Program-made: the position numbers and the translations under genes
Shown: positions 37,867 through 51,567 of the stretch, one piece after another
Position numbering within the stretch: position 1 is the first letter of the stretch
How the letters are laid out: each line of letters opens with the position of its first letter
DNA from: Halocafeteria seosinensis
Lineage: Eukaryota
Assembly (NCBI GenBank): GCA_001687465.1
Contig: LVLI01000084.1
Span: 124,001 to 188,000 of the forward strand
DNA: 64,000 nucleotides
Direction of reading: 5' to 3'
Notes under the pieces: generated by a model
The model's database searches: none
Seen by the model: only the letters and a program-made list of their open reading frames with translations
Told to the model about the DNA's origin: nothing

Positions 37867-38340
37867 TTATGTTTTGTATTTAACTAGTCGGCTCGCATTA
37901 CACGCTGTGTGTTGTAGATGCTTTCTTGGAGAACTCCTCCTCCGCATCCGACAGGGTTTGCGGGAGTCAGGAACCACGAAGTAGAATACGGGAAAGGCAA
38001 AGCCAGCGGCTTTAAGCTGTTCCAAACTTCCAATACTCCCCACAGAATCAATGTATGATGGTATCCTATCGTATATTGGGAAAAAAAAAGAAAACTTTTT
38101 TTGGTTTCTCTCGGAATTATAAACGAATCGATTGAAGGAAAATACCCATAAATGGACTTCGCATAAACACCTTGCAGCTTTCTTCTCTTTTTTGCCGATG
38201 CTATGAGACGCTTGATTTCGGACATTTCGAGAGCCGTAAGGAGGGCATGTCGCCTTCGTCACTCCCCTTCTGCTCAACTTGCCTAGTGTCTGGATCGTTA
38301 GCAAAATCGGCCCTCGGGTAGCTGCCTCTCGAGGGACCAT
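37867..38340 (-). pseudogene. Frameshifted Crinkler-type REase domain fragment
   Basis: YAKSIYGYFPSIDSFIIP...FFSQYTIGYHH in one frame continues into LEQLKAAGFAFPVFYFVVPD in another, matching the CR-REase pattern P-x-x-x-N/Y-F-P-S-I-D...F-Q-x-T-x-x-x-x-H...F-Y-F-V-V-P. Confidence 0.6.
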
Positions 38341-38559
38341 CCTATGACATGCTGTCTCAAATAAATCACCACTTTGCTTTTTATCATATCCGTTCGGCGA
38401 CGTGTACCCATTGTTGTCGTTACAGGAGGGCGTGGTCCTTCACTCGCTCCTCGTTAAGACTCTTAAGAGGATGTGGTCCACTCCCCAGCCATTAATTAAT
38501 ATACGTTTATATTTTCAAGAATTATTAAATTCACCTGGTAATAAAAAAAAATCGCCTGC

Positions 38560-38768
38560 AATCTGAATCTATTGGCTCGTTGGTCTTTACGGGCTCTCCC
38601 GGCACGGGTAAAACGACATGCATTACATTTGTGGCCTCATTCCCTTCAAACTTGCGGGTCATGGACAAGGAAACGTGTTTAATGGGGCTGTACACGACAA
38701 TCTTTTCTGATACCAAAATGAGCCATTCATTCATTCCCTTGCTTTATCCAGTCGCTCGTATGCTGTAG
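38560..38768 (+). pseudogene. Isolated P-loop NTPase fragment (Walker A)
   Basis: LVFTGSPGTGKTT in a short ORF with no ATG start and no downstream NTPase body, immediately upstream of DDX1. Confidence 0.45.
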
Positions 38769-38840
38769 GATTGGCTATGTCCTGATATATGATTCTGAAG
38801 ACACTTATAGCTTGCGAATCGTGCGATTATACCCTCTAAA

Positions 38841-41683
38841 ATGAGCGGTGGATTCGAAGATCTCGGGCTCTCCCCTGAACTGGTTCGGGCTACACAGGAA
38901 TTGGGATGGCTGTATGTGTTCATATACACGTTGTATGACGACAGTATGGTGTTTTACGGGTGCCACATTTTTTCGTTGTATTGGTATGGTTCATGCAGGT
39001 TGCCCTCGGATGTTCAAGATGAAACTATCCCGTACATGCTAGGAGGAGGAGATGTGATGGTGGTATGTAATTATTATGCTAGTCTTTCATGGCGCAGCAT
39101 TGGATAAGAGTTCGCTCGTTGGTGCAGGCGGCAGAGACAGGCAGCGGCAAAACTGGTGCCTTTGCACTACCGGCGCTCCATTTGGTCCACGAGGCCCGCA
39201 GCGAACAACTAAGGAAACACAAACAGAGTGGTGCATCGGCGGCATTATCAAAATCTGGAGCCTCTCGTTGTCAACAACCACCGGTGATGTCCGCTAATGA
39301 TAGGTCACCGTTTGTAGCCGTGGCGAATGACGGCTGTACCATCCAATCTCGGCAGGAATTCAAATGGGGAGGAATTCGTGGAGATCGTGGTGTTGTCAAT
39401 GGAGACTATTTTTTCGAATGCACCATACGCGACGATGGAATTTCTCGAGTGGGTTGGTCAACGGCGGCTGCATCTTTGGAGCTTGGAACTGATCAGCATG
39501 GCTATGGATTCGGTGGAACAGGGAAAAAGAGTAACAATAGGAAGTTTGATTCATATGGAGAACCATTCGGGAGAGGTGACATCATCGGATGTTACCTCAG
39601 CCTCTCGAGGGCTGGAGGTAGGATTGGTTTCAGCAAGAATGGAACTTATCTAGGGGATGCCTATAACTTGTCACCACATGCGAAAGGTCCTTTCTATCCA
39701 GCCGCCTGTCTGAAAAATGCGGAGGTCCATATGAATTTCGGGAGCTCTCCGTTCAAGTATTCTCCTGAAAGACCGTTTGAGCCTCTCGCAAATGCTAAGG
39801 ACGCGGATATTGTGACCTCGGGCGATGTCTCACCAGACGAATCTGCCGGTTCCCCTGATTCTCCTGTAGTGCTTATATTAGAACCTGCACGTGATCTCGC
39901 TGAGCAAACTGCCAAAGAAGTGGAAAAACTCAGCCAGTTCATGACGACACCGAGGATTCGTCATACGCTGTTGATTGGGGGTGTCAACACTGGCAAGACG
40001 GCGTCGACTATCTCGAAAGGACTCGATGTTATCACGGCGACGCCGGGCAAGCTGCTTGATTTTGTTAGTACAGGAAAGCTGAGCTTGAGCTCAATCAAAA
40101 TACTAATCTTAGATGAAGCAGATCGTCTGTGCGACAAGGAGGGCATGGAACTTATAGACAAGATTTGGAGCAAGTTACATGAAGGTCGTCCAAGCTCAAA
40201 CACATTACAAGTATGCTTCTTTTCCGCCACACTTCACAGCTTGGAGATTCAAAAGTTGGCCGATAAACTCTGCCATCGCCCTACGTGGGTAGACTTGAAA
40301 GGTAAAGATAATGTCCCGGATACGGTTCACCATACAGTAGTAGAGGTTGATCCTTACAATACATCACTATTTGGAGGGTGGAACGATGGCGCTGGCGGTC
40401 CGTCCCATGGTGTGCCGACAGACGAAGTGCATGCTCGTGATCCCCTTAGGGTGACAAAAAATGGCAANCCTGCAGATGAGCTAGCTGCCAGTGAAGCAGT
40501 GAAGAAGCTTAAACCGCCTCTGGTTGTTGACGTTATCGACACGTTGAAAATGGATCAAGTTTTGGTTTTCTGTCGAACGAATTTTGATTGTGACAACTTG
40601 GAAAAATATCTTACTGCCCGTGGCGGCGGTAAGAAGTTTATTCCTCGGCAGAAAGCGGAGAAGGGCGTCGAAAATCCGTATAGCTGTTGCGTCCTAGCAG
40701 GGCAACGTTCAATGGAAGAGAGGGTATGTTGATCATATTTTTGTGCTTTTCCCCATATAATTGCTGTCCTGACGCGTACCTTACAGCGAGCGGCTCTACA
40801 ATCATTCAAAGACGGTGATGCCCGCATCTTGATAGCGACAGATGTCGCAGCAAGGGGCATCGACATAAAGGAGTTACCATACGTAATCAATGTCACGCTA
40901 CCAGACGAGCCGGAAAACTATATCCATAGGTAGGTGAATCACAGGTGTTTTGATTCGCTGTTCTTAGTCACTTCAAATTTCTCGCGATACAGAGTAGGAC
41001 GTGTCGGACGGGTCGATAGAATGGGGCTCGCAATCTCCCTAGTGGCAACATGTCAGGAGAAGGTATGGTATTATGATAAGAAGAAATGGAAAGGCAAAAC
41101 ACTGTCAACGAAATTGTCCCATGAAGGAGGGTGCTGCATCTGGTATGACGAGCCGGCGTTGCTAAGTGCTGTCGAGAAACGATTAGATGTACCCCAAGCG
41201 TTCCAGTCAGGACCGTCCCTCTTGAGCGGTAATAAGATTCCACGCATTACTGTGAAGAAAGCTGCAGGAAAACTTGCCCACTCTCAAATTTGGGATTTCG
41301 AGTTTCCTCATGGCATTGGCCAGAACGCTAATGTTGTCTATGGTGAAGAAAAGGGGACGAAAACAGAGAAGACTAAACACGTTGCTGCCATCGCACCCAC
41401 TGTTCAGCGGTTATCAGAGCTGGAAGTTCAAGCACAGCATAGTTTCTTGCATTTGCAAAACATGTTTTGCTCTTCGGCGTCGTTTGCTCAGGGAGGTGCC
41501 GCCCCATCGCCAATCAAGGCTACTCCTCCCCCGGCTCCTTCGGCTTCGGGGAGCAGTTCTCCTGGTTCCAGTGCTGCAGGAAGTCCATCCAAGCGCCATA
41601 AGGACAATAATTCCCAACCAAACAAACAGCACCACAAGTCCCACTACAAGGGGAAGAAGAAGCAGAACGTCAACGTCATGTGA
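38841..41683 (+). CDS. DDX1: DEAD-box RNA helicase DDX1 (SPRY insertion)
   Basis: [16 protein letters not shown] domain ([22 protein letters not shown]), [33 protein letters not shown]. One ambiguous base at 40468. Confidence 0.96.
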
Positions 41684-41806
41684 AGCTGCCTTTGTGAAGT
41701 TCAGGAATATATACCTACTCCCTCCATTGCTGTACCCTTAGTATTGTTGCAACACTAGTATGACATAAACGTTTCTTTTACTTCCTGTTAATCTAAAGGG
41801 TCAGAA

Positions 41807-44211
41807 ATGGCGGCCAGTGGCTATGACGGTGATACAAAGAAGGCCGAGGAGGAGGGCGGATACCAACTTCCACCTCTTGGGCCCGAAGATTACGGGGAGG
41901 GTGGAATTCCAAGTTTCCCCGAGTATACACGCCCTCGGCAAGGGCGTCGAAAGGCCGGCTCTTCTTCCGAGATCATAATGGAGGCGGATGACGAAGAGGA
42001 GCGAAGTTCTGGAACAGTGGATAGTTATGGTGCAAGTCCCTTTGTATTCGACTCGGAGGCCACCGTATCGGAATCGCAGCATGCCAGCACCAGTTACACT
42101 CCCCGTGAAGTGGAATCGTCAGGGTCGTACTCGTACGCTGCGGAAACTACCAGCACCACACCGCAGACGCGCAGCCACAACGCGACCCCACAGGAGAACC
42201 AGGAAGCAGCACCGCCCGAACCGGAAGTGGTGGCGGCGGCGACGACTGTGCATCGACGAAAGCGAAGGGATCTGAGGTCCAACCGGCTTCACGAAGCACT
42301 CGATTTTTTGACGAGTATACCCTTGGGAACCGTGGGTACGCGTCGGTCAGGAAGGCAACATAGAGGATCTGGAAAACACCCGCCGCCGTACTCCCAAGGC
42401 CACACGGGAACCGCAGCGACAACGCAACCTCACACGGTGACCTCTACGACCAACGCTGCTTCATTGGATCCGGAGTACGTGTTTTGAAGCGTTTAGTGGT
42501 GCTCGTGTTTTGTTGTCAAAGGTGAATTATGGTCACGCAGGAACGTTGGCGTCCGGATTCCTGGCCACAAATTTGTACGTGCGACATTGTCTTGACGTTT
42601 CCTAGTATCCACTCACACAAGCAGGGGTCGTCGAACTGCAGAAGGATATAAAGACTCATGGTCAAAGTCACACAGCTGAGTTCAGGAGAGCACTCATCGA
42701 GGATGGTGTTTTGCAGGGCCGGTTAATTTTCTCTATCAACAAAGTAAGTTTTCCTCGAATCGATCTCATTATGTTCTAAAACGCTTGGTTGGGCGACATG
42801 TGCGTTATATGTTTGCTGCTTCAGGGGTACCCAACGATGGTTTCGTCAATCCTTAGCTACGACAGGCACAAGGAGCGACAACGCCGTAAATCGAAACGGA
42901 AGGGAATTGACCTCTTAGCCAAGTTTGGACGAAACGTGAATGCGCCTGTGTGGCTCAAATGGAGAGGTACTTCTTACGCAGGGCTCGTGCAACCAACTTG
43001 GGGAATGAGTGGATTGCCAAAAAGTGGGCACCTCGAAACTAATGAGGAACTTGGTGAACAAGATGGTAAACTGGAAACAAATGAACAGCCCAATAACGAG
43101 AAGCAAGAGACAAATAAATCGGAGGAGGTGCAAGAATACACGCAGCTGATATCGAACTTAGTGGGAATCAGCGGACCGCATGCAGCAAATGCACAATATC
43201 CTAATTATCGGCCACTGGAACTAGATGACCCGTCTATTGACTTTGACAAAGGAAGGACAATTCTGAATGAAGAAGCATACACGGCTGTAGGTAATAGTGC
43301 ATGAGGGATAACTGGGGGCTCTCTGATACCTTTTTCTCTGCGTATTTTGCAGTCGATACTTAGTTATAGATCAGACAAATCTAAAAAGAAGGATATTAAC
43401 GAAGCCTTTCGTCAACGTCACCCCTGGTTAAGCCCAATGCAATTGACGTTGTCGAAGATTCGTAAGCTACGCCGACTCGGAGCTTGGCTGTGGAAGACGG
43501 TAGATTTGGAGCTTGGAACTGTTGCTCTGGGCTTTGCATACTTTGAAAAGTGCATTTGGCAAGGGATTGTTGACAAATTTAATCGGAAGGTGATATACGT
43601 GTGTTGCTTGGTGTTAGCATATAAATTCAACGAGGCAGTGGATGTCCAGCGAAAGCTAGTGAATACTGTTGTTCCGGAGATTGAAAAGGCATTCGTGAGT
43701 ATTTACCGTCGGGCTCTAGTGTACGAGTGAAACTTTACAATTGCTCTGACTTCTTCTACAGAACGTTACATGGAAAGACATTCAGAAATATGAATTCGCC
43801 GTCTGGGTTGCGCTAGGATTTTCGTTACACCTTCACCTTGGAGAAGTTATCCCGCATGTGTACAATATTGCTCGGGACGCGAGCATTGACTTGTCGGAAT
43901 ACTTTGCCACGACAGGTTCGTCCAGTGGTAGTGCTACCGGTATGAGACCGCCCGGAGATGCAGGAGTAGCAAAGTTGTTCGGTATCCATCCTCCGTCTTA
44001 CTACGATTCTCCAATGGAAAGAACTCTCGAGCTCCAATCGGAAAACGAAGAAGCCGATCTACAGCAGCAAAACCCTTTTTATTCCCCCCTGTTGTATTCG
44101 TTAGGGGTACGATGGACGGAAACAGAAAAAACAGGAGCCGACCAAACCCCGAAATATACTTACCCATCGCGGCGATCCAAGACCACGACGAGGACGCCGA
44201 TGGACAGCTAG
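41807..44211 (+). CDS. CABLES-like cyclin-box protein
   Basis: EALDFLTSIPL, YRPLELDDP, INEAFRQRHPWL...LTLSKIRKL, VALGFAYFEK...KFNRKV...CLVLAYKFNE, YEFAV. Multi-exon. Confidence 0.82.
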
Positions 44212-44304
44212 CTGGAACACGGGGTGAAATGGGATGGACGTTCTCACGTCACGCTTTTCTATTCAATTCAATTGGATGGTGTTAATCTCGTTAGCCCAAA
44301 GGAC

Positions 44305-47300
44305 TTAAGGCCGCAAGCTATTGCGCGCTTTGTCCAACACATCGGACCTGATTGCGTCGTAACTGGGGTATTTCTTCAGCACTTTGTGACACACGTCGAT
44401 CGCTGCTACAAGCCGTTGAGCTTTCAGATAATTGAATGCAAGTTTATAACCAATCGGAGCTGACGCGTCATTATCATGTTTCCAAGCCTGCAAGAGAACA
44501 AAATCACAATGGAGACGTCTTTTACTGTAGTCGACCTCGACGTACCTTTTCGTAGCACTCCGCAGCGTCTTTGTAGGATTGCTCCTTCTCCATAATCATT
44601 CCCAGGTACTCCCATGCCCGACGGCAGCTTTGGTCGTATTTTAGTGCTCTCTTGCACAACTCCTGAGCGTGGTCGAACTTCCCATTGCTGATATAAATAT
44701 CGGCTAGCAGTAGCCAAGCTCTCACAAACTCCATCCAGTATTCGCCGTTGTAAGGCATTTTTACTATTCGCTTGAGTTGATTACGGGCTTTGGGGTATTG
44801 CTCCAGTACCATCAGTGCAGTCGCCAAAGCCAAAATAGCTGGGATGTATTCACTATCCTGATGCAGTAAATCACTTAATTGGCTCACTGCTTCATTGACG
44901 CTTTCTTGGTCCCTCTGAGCAATGAGGATGTAGCAACCCAAAACGTCATGCTTAATTGACCGTTCTTTGGCCGGTACCTCAGAAAGCAATTTCTCCGCAA
45001 CAGCGGCGCTCTCTTCTGACAGCGCGTTGTCCTCACTTGCGTCTTTACCCCCCTCATCCTCCTCGCCTTTCTCCCCAACCCCTATGTGCCACAAATCGTC
45101 TCCGTCAGGGCTAATGTACGTTTCCACCATATGTTCGATGGCTTTTACCGCCCATTCTCCGTGCCCAGTAGTTCGAGCATGGTTAAAATGCTTTATCGCC
45201 TCGTGGGGTTCATTGATAAAGCGATTGTACAGTCCTTGACAGAAGCGATATCCTGCTTCTTGCTCAGCTGTAGGATTGTGGGCCACAGCAAGTTTCAAGA
45301 AGCGGGGAGCTTCCTCAAGCTCACCTGCCCGTTTCAATAATGTAATGAGCTTTTCCAACGCTTCATACTGAGTCGGATGCGCCTCCAAGAGCTGTTGAAA
45401 ATGATACATCGCTGCATCAGTTTCCTCTTTAGAGAACAGCAAGTCGGCAAGCATCACCGCGGCTTCTTCACTTTCCGGGTTGGCCTTCTTCAAAGCCATT
45501 GCCACACGTTGAGCTTCGTCCAGTTCATTGTGAGCTAAATGAAGCCTTGCAAGCCCCATCATACATCGTTCATGCGTGCTTACAGCTTTCGTCCCTTCCT
45601 TAAAGTATTCGCGCGCCTTTGATTCTTCCGCAGGGACCTTCTCCAGATGAAGCTGTGCAATTTCGGAGCACAAATCAGCTGCTGACTGGCGTTCCCGATC
45701 TACTAGATCAGCCGCAGTGCTCCTAAGTTGGTCGACGATTTGGCTCTGCAATTGCATAGCACGCTCGAGATACTCAACCGCATTCGTCTTATAACCAGCG
45801 GCATCATGCACTTTAGCAAGTAGCCGCAAATTATCGCGAGTGTGCATCAGACCCATTGCATCTGATTCATACTGAGCCTCGCTTTGGGCCTCTGATATCA
45901 ACTCTTCTGCACGATCAAACTTCCTTAGCTTAATATACAGCTCCGTGAGAGCCCCCCGGATAGTTGCAATATCGGAAGATTTTGCTGTCCCAGACTTTAC
46001 AGCCCGTTGCTTGGCCTGGTCGAGAGCGGATTCGTAGTAATCAATAGCTCGTCTATAGTCGTGCATAGTGGTCATCGCTTTACCAACTTTCATGATCAAC
46101 TTCGTGTTGTCCGGTGACTGACGAAGGGCTTGCTGAAACGAGTCTATAGCTTCGTCAGGCATTTGGATATTCATATAAGCCTCACCCAATAACACGTAGT
46201 TTTGCTCACTAGGGTCTCGACTAGCCAGGTCTTCCATGCATTTGATGTAGGCTCGTCTATCTCGGCGGTGCCGTAAGTAAATCTCGGCCTTTTTCACTTG
46301 AGCGGACGAATACGAAGGATTGTTTGGGGGTACATTCTTAAGCACCTTAATCGCCGAATCGAAATCCCCCCGTTCGATGTACAACTGCGCTTGGGCAACT
46401 ATTATCCGAACCTCTTCCGGCGTCCCAGCGAACTCTTCTGTAGCAGATCGAATAGTCTTCGAGGCGTTCTGGAACTCGCCAAGCTGAATATAGCACTCTG
46501 ACAAATGGACGAAAATTCCTGCGCGATCATGCAGAGAAATTGACGAGGAATTGCCTCCTGCTTTACTCCTACTTTCTGTTGTTGACGATTTTACTCCCGG
46601 TAAGTTCAAGGCTGCAACGAAGATGTCGCGGGCATCTTCTAACTTTTCCTGTGAAATAAGTAGTTTGCCCTTAACAAAGTGGTAGACTGGACTGTTGCGC
46701 ACCTGGAAATCATGACTTAGTGCTTGATCAAGTGACGACGATGCAGCGTTAGTGTCTCGATTTGCTAAATGGACCTGTGCCATGAGCAAGTAGGCATCAC
46801 TGTACGACGGATCCAAGTTGAGACAAGTCATGAGAGCCCGAGTAGCTTCATTATAATCACCTCCTGCAAAATAGGTTCTTGCTAGCAGCATATGTGAATC
46901 TAGCGCACCAGGTGCTCGGTGTGTAACCTGCATGAGTAAGCGGATACCACTGCTAACAGCGTCACTTCCACCACCGCTTTTCCCTTTTGTCAGCGAGCTC
47001 GTTGAAGAGCTGGCTTCTGTGTGTATAAGATACTCCCTAGCCATGTCTTGGATAAAGTCAGGGTTCATCGTTTCAAAAATATCGTATATATTGTAGAGTC
47101 CATATTGCTGAACCCGCGTCATAGCCTTTCTGTGTAAATCTCTTGCTTCATCTAACAATTTTACATGCCTGCTAATGTCTTCATCTTTCCTCCAGGCAAG
47201 TAACGCATCCAGAAACGCCAGTTCAGCTGTCCGGCCAATACTTTGCTGGATCATTCTAAAAAGATCCAGTTGCTGGGCCGCTTCTTCGTACAAGTCTTGA

Positions 47301-48576
47301 TTCAGTTGGCAATATATTATTCCAGCAATAGCATCCACAGAACTCTCGTCCAGTCTTGCCGCCTCATTGTAGTATTCCGAAGCAGTGGCATAGTCCTTCA
47401 TCCTTGCATACTCGTAACCTAACTCATTTAAATAATCACTCTGCTTATCATCTAGAGCACGTGCCCTTTCGATAAAATAGGCAGTTCGACGCAGCACCTT
47501 CTTGGATCCACAACATGTTCGTGAAAAGCACCTAGCAATATCATAGTAGAGCCGAGCATTCTTTGGTTCGTGTCTATCTACCGCATCAAGTAACTCCCCC
47601 AATCTGGTAGCAGCTATTTCGGGGCGGGCATTTTGTGTAAGCTCCTCAAGGATTTCGAGACGAAGGGCTTCAATATCATGACTATCCTGGTCCAGCAGTT
47701 TCTGTGTTACTTCTGAAGCTTGTTCCCAATCCCCGTGCTTCGCCATTAGCTTGGCTTTCTCAGCCAACGCCGGAAGAAACCATGTGTACGTAACAGATAC
47801 CTCGTTCAACGTATCCACTGCTTCTTCATACGCGCCCTTACGCTCATAATACTTGGCCAGCCCCATTTGGGCATCGATCCCTTTTTTGCTGCACCGGCAA
47901 AGATGGTTTCGTACGTATTCTGAATTCGGCATCAATACGAAATTAAGCATCTGTAACTTACTTGTTCTCCGTTTGCTGCTGTGCGAGAGCACCTTGAAAG
48001 AAGTTGACGCTTCGGTTCACTTGCTCGACGGACTTGCTCTCGCTCACTGGGGTGTATACGTGCACCCACCCAAGCATGGTACTCACATCGGCACTTTCTG
48101 GATTTTCGTGGTCTAGTTTGAGTGAGAGCTCTTTGGCTCGGGCCCAATTTCCCAGATACAAGTGGAATGGTATCAACAACAGCAACGATTCGGTGGAAGT
48201 CGAATCCTCCAACGCCGGGAGCGATTGCTCGAGCTCGGCCACAGCGTCCCGATCAATTGTTCGCGCACTCTTGTGGAAATGTAGTAGAGACTCTTGAACA
48301 GCAAAAGTCAATGAACGTCTGCTCTTAGCCGACTCCATATACCGAATTGCTTCACTTCCCAATCCTGTAACAAGAATTCCAGTTTGAAAGAGCCAAGGGT
48401 TTCCGCCTTAATAATCACATTGACGTACCTTGCTGGAATGTGGCGTACGCCCTCCAGAACAAGAGGCTTGACTCATTGCCCTTTTTCTTGATGACCTCAT
48501 CGCATACAGTCTGCATATAACGATAAAAGCCCTGCCGGGCATACTGCGCCAACAACGCCTTCACTTCCGTTGACAT
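44305..48576 (-). CDS. TTC21B: Tetratricopeptide repeat protein 21B / IFT139 (IFT-A)
   Basis: Long TPR protein with WFLPALAEK, PKARNQLKRI, RAWLLLADIYI, AWEYLGMIMEKEQSYKDAA, IGYKLAFNYLKA, DVLDKARNSLRP. Confidence 0.95.
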
Positions 48577-48847
48577 CGTTTTCTCTGGTATATGGCTACC
48601 AAAGACGTATGCACTACCATTCAACAAGGAGAGATGACAGAGATATACAATATTCTCGGTTAACGTGTATCTGTTGCATTGCATGTAGACCCTAATACGC
48701 CGAATTGCTCTAACGGCAATCCCTGCGAAATGATTGTCCGATCTTCAAAGCTGGGACCCAGCTGCTGGGTCTTACGGTTCTCGAGCCCGAAACCGCCGCA
48801 AATATCTCTATGATGGAAGAAAACGTGACACTGTGCACGTTGCAAAT

Positions 48848-49536
48848 TTATTCTGCTTTCTTCTTGTATGAATCCACAAGTACGGTCTCGTAGCCGTCGG
48901 GTGCGTATGCGCTCTCTGTTACCTGCACATACTCGACCGTCTGGGAGGAGATGTTGGCTTCAGGTGGGATACCATCAGGGAAAGATTCCTCCAAAGATGG
49001 AGGTGGGTTGCGCATGAATTTCGATCCTCCAGGCATAAACGGTGCTGTAAACCCAGGGAGTGGCGTAATTACAGTTTCCTTGTGTTACCCAGAGAGCACT
49101 ACGTACCAACATAGGGATCAGGATGCGTGTAAGCTTCTAGTCGTTGCTCTCCTTCTCTTAATAATCGTTTCGCAGCTCTGCAATCATCAGAGAGATAGTA
49201 AGTAATAGAATCGTACAAGTACTCCAAGCTGATTTTAAATGTAGGGACCAAACAACCAGGACAAAGAGTCTACAGGGTCATCACTCGAGAGCTTAATCTC
49301 CCCTCACATAAGGAAGGTTCACGCTTGTCCTACACTTACTCATTAGAAGCCTGTATATTCGCATCAAATTCTGCTCTTATATCAGATGCATATCGGTTAA
49401 ACATGGCTCTCCTGGGCTTCCAGTCTTGTAGTGTTTTCAGTGCATGTCTGTACAGTCTCTGCACTCTTTGTCGATGAGACAATGGGCCCGTCCCACGTCT
49501 ATAATATTGACTAACTTCTCGAAAAGCTTTATTCAT
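48848..49536 (-). CDS. NDUFB9: Complex I LYR subunit B22
   Basis: LSHRQRVQRLYRHALK...IRAEFDAN, HPDPY, PGGSKFMRNPP. Three exons. Confidence 0.9.
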
Positions 49537-49898
49537 GTTTTCTCCTTTACTATCGTGAACCACTTGACGGTAACACCAAAGCTAACAAACCTGAAATGAG
49601 CTGTCGTTCTGCCTTGAAGCTGTTAACTTGGCACCTACACCAGATTAGGCCATTTTCTGGTGTTTGTACTCACCCAAGTACGTTTGCCCCTTGATACCAA
49701 ACAGTGCCACTCGCATTGCAATCCGAAAAACGCATACACCACGAGACTGTGTGCCCGACGACGCAGCTGCTGCGAGGGTATGATATCGTTGGTGGAAAGC
49801 GGCAGAGAATAAAGCCCAGAACTTTGCTGCTTTAGCTCCTCAGTGTCTCGGATACAGACGCCTGCCAATTTCCATTGAAACTTTGAGTACAACAGACT

Positions 49899-50888
49899 AT
49901 GGTATTTCAATGGGCTACGAGTATCGCGTCGTCTATCTTGTCTAAAGGAACCAAGGGCCATGGATACCATGCTGTCAGATCAAGTTTTCGGAGAACACTA
50001 TCCGAAAGGACATATTTTGGTATGCTACCTCAAACGAGACATCAGAAAGCTAGTTTCAGTTCAGACTCCACATTCTCTGCCCCAGAGGTATGTGGAAACT
50101 GCATTAAGGCCTGCATCTTACGTTTCCTACCACTCGAACCTTCAAGAACGCAGGCTACAGATTCTCCGGATGTGGTGTGGGAAAAGCTACAACGGGGAAA
50201 CAAGCGGTTCATGGAAGGCAAAGTTGGAAAATTTACGGAAAATCCATTGAGAAAGCCAATTACTGAAAGGCGAAAGTGCGTATTATAGTGCGCTGTTCAA
50301 GCACGGCGACACTGTTATTTTTGACCGTTATTTGGCACCAGGGAGCTGCTAGATGGACAGACACCTGTAGCCACTATTCTAACATGCGCTGACAGCAGAA
50401 TTTCCCCCGAATTAACATTTGACTGTGATATAGGAATGCTTTTCGTTACGCGAAATGCGGGAAATGTTGTGGACGACGATGTCATTGCAACCATTGAATT
50501 CGGAATTGAAATTGCTCGTACCCCACTGTTGTTGGTCCTTGGTCACGAGGACTGCATGGCTGTTGGCAGATGCATCAAGACCGTACAGACGGATTCTACG
50601 GGGAGAATGCAGACGGAGCTACAGGATCCTGACGTAAACAGTTCTCCAATGGAAAAACTAATGGAGAAAATTCGTCCGGCAGTGCTCAATGCTGCAAGCC
50701 GGTTAAAAGGGAAGAATTTAAGTAATTATAATTCGAAGTTATACAACTGTGCTATTGAAGAGAATATCAGGCAGCAGATGGAAGCAGTTGAAAAAATTGA
50801 AGCCGTTCAAAGAGCAACAAGGGAGGGAAGACTAAGAGTTCTAGGTGTCAAATACTTGCTCGATTCGGGTGAAGCAAAAATCATATGA
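49899..50888 (+). CDS. Beta-class carbonic anhydrase, copy 1, probable mitochondrial presequence
   Basis: LQRGNKRF, LTCADSRISPE, RNAGN, VLGHEDC Zn ligands. Ser/Arg-rich N-terminus. Two introns. Confidence 0.92.
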
Positions 50889-51567
50889 TCGAAACATTTA
50901 TTCCTGTTCTTGCTCGAGCAATGCCATTACCATCTTCGTTATCCATCATTGCACGTAGGTTTTAGTTACACTACAATATGGTGCCCCGTAACCTTGAGTG
51001 GGGGGTTAAGAAAATCAAGGAATCGGTTATATATGCCTTTTTTCCTATAGCATACGCATGGGTAGTGTACAACGCTGTCGATACCATATTATTAGTTTCG
51101 TACTCAATGGTTCCTCCGGGTATTACACGGAAATCCGGAAGTTCCTGTCTGTTCTGGTGTCTTACGGCAACTTCCCGTGTTTCTGACGCCTTTTGCTGCT
51201 ACGCTTACCCACCACTAAATGTTAATATAACTTAATAATTGAACAAGTTGAAATTTCAAGTTGTACAAGTATTGTTGGAACTTCGCTCCATATCGTGGAC
51301 TCCGGGGCGGAGTCGCACACCTCGCGCCACAGAATATCAACTTTTCACAGGCTTGATCATTGATTCATTCAAAGAGAAAACCGTACCAGAGACCCTCAAT
51401 ACTTTATAGTACTGGTGGTGGTTTGGAAATTGCGAACGTGACTGAATTTTAGCTGCGTAGCGTGTGTAAAGAACACCCTTTGGACCAAGGTTTTCGTCGC
51501 ACAACGAAACAGAGGCACCACAGCAAGCTATGCCAGAGAGATGAATAAGTCGCGGGAGTGTGTAGGA

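Noticed and set aside
40468..40468. X in the DDX1 translation
   Set aside because: A single ambiguous base call, not recoding.
51110..51180. Recurrent CCGGAA/TTCCGG words in intergenic regions (also ~110, ~3765, ~29186)
   Set aside because: Enrichment cannot be shown without computation.
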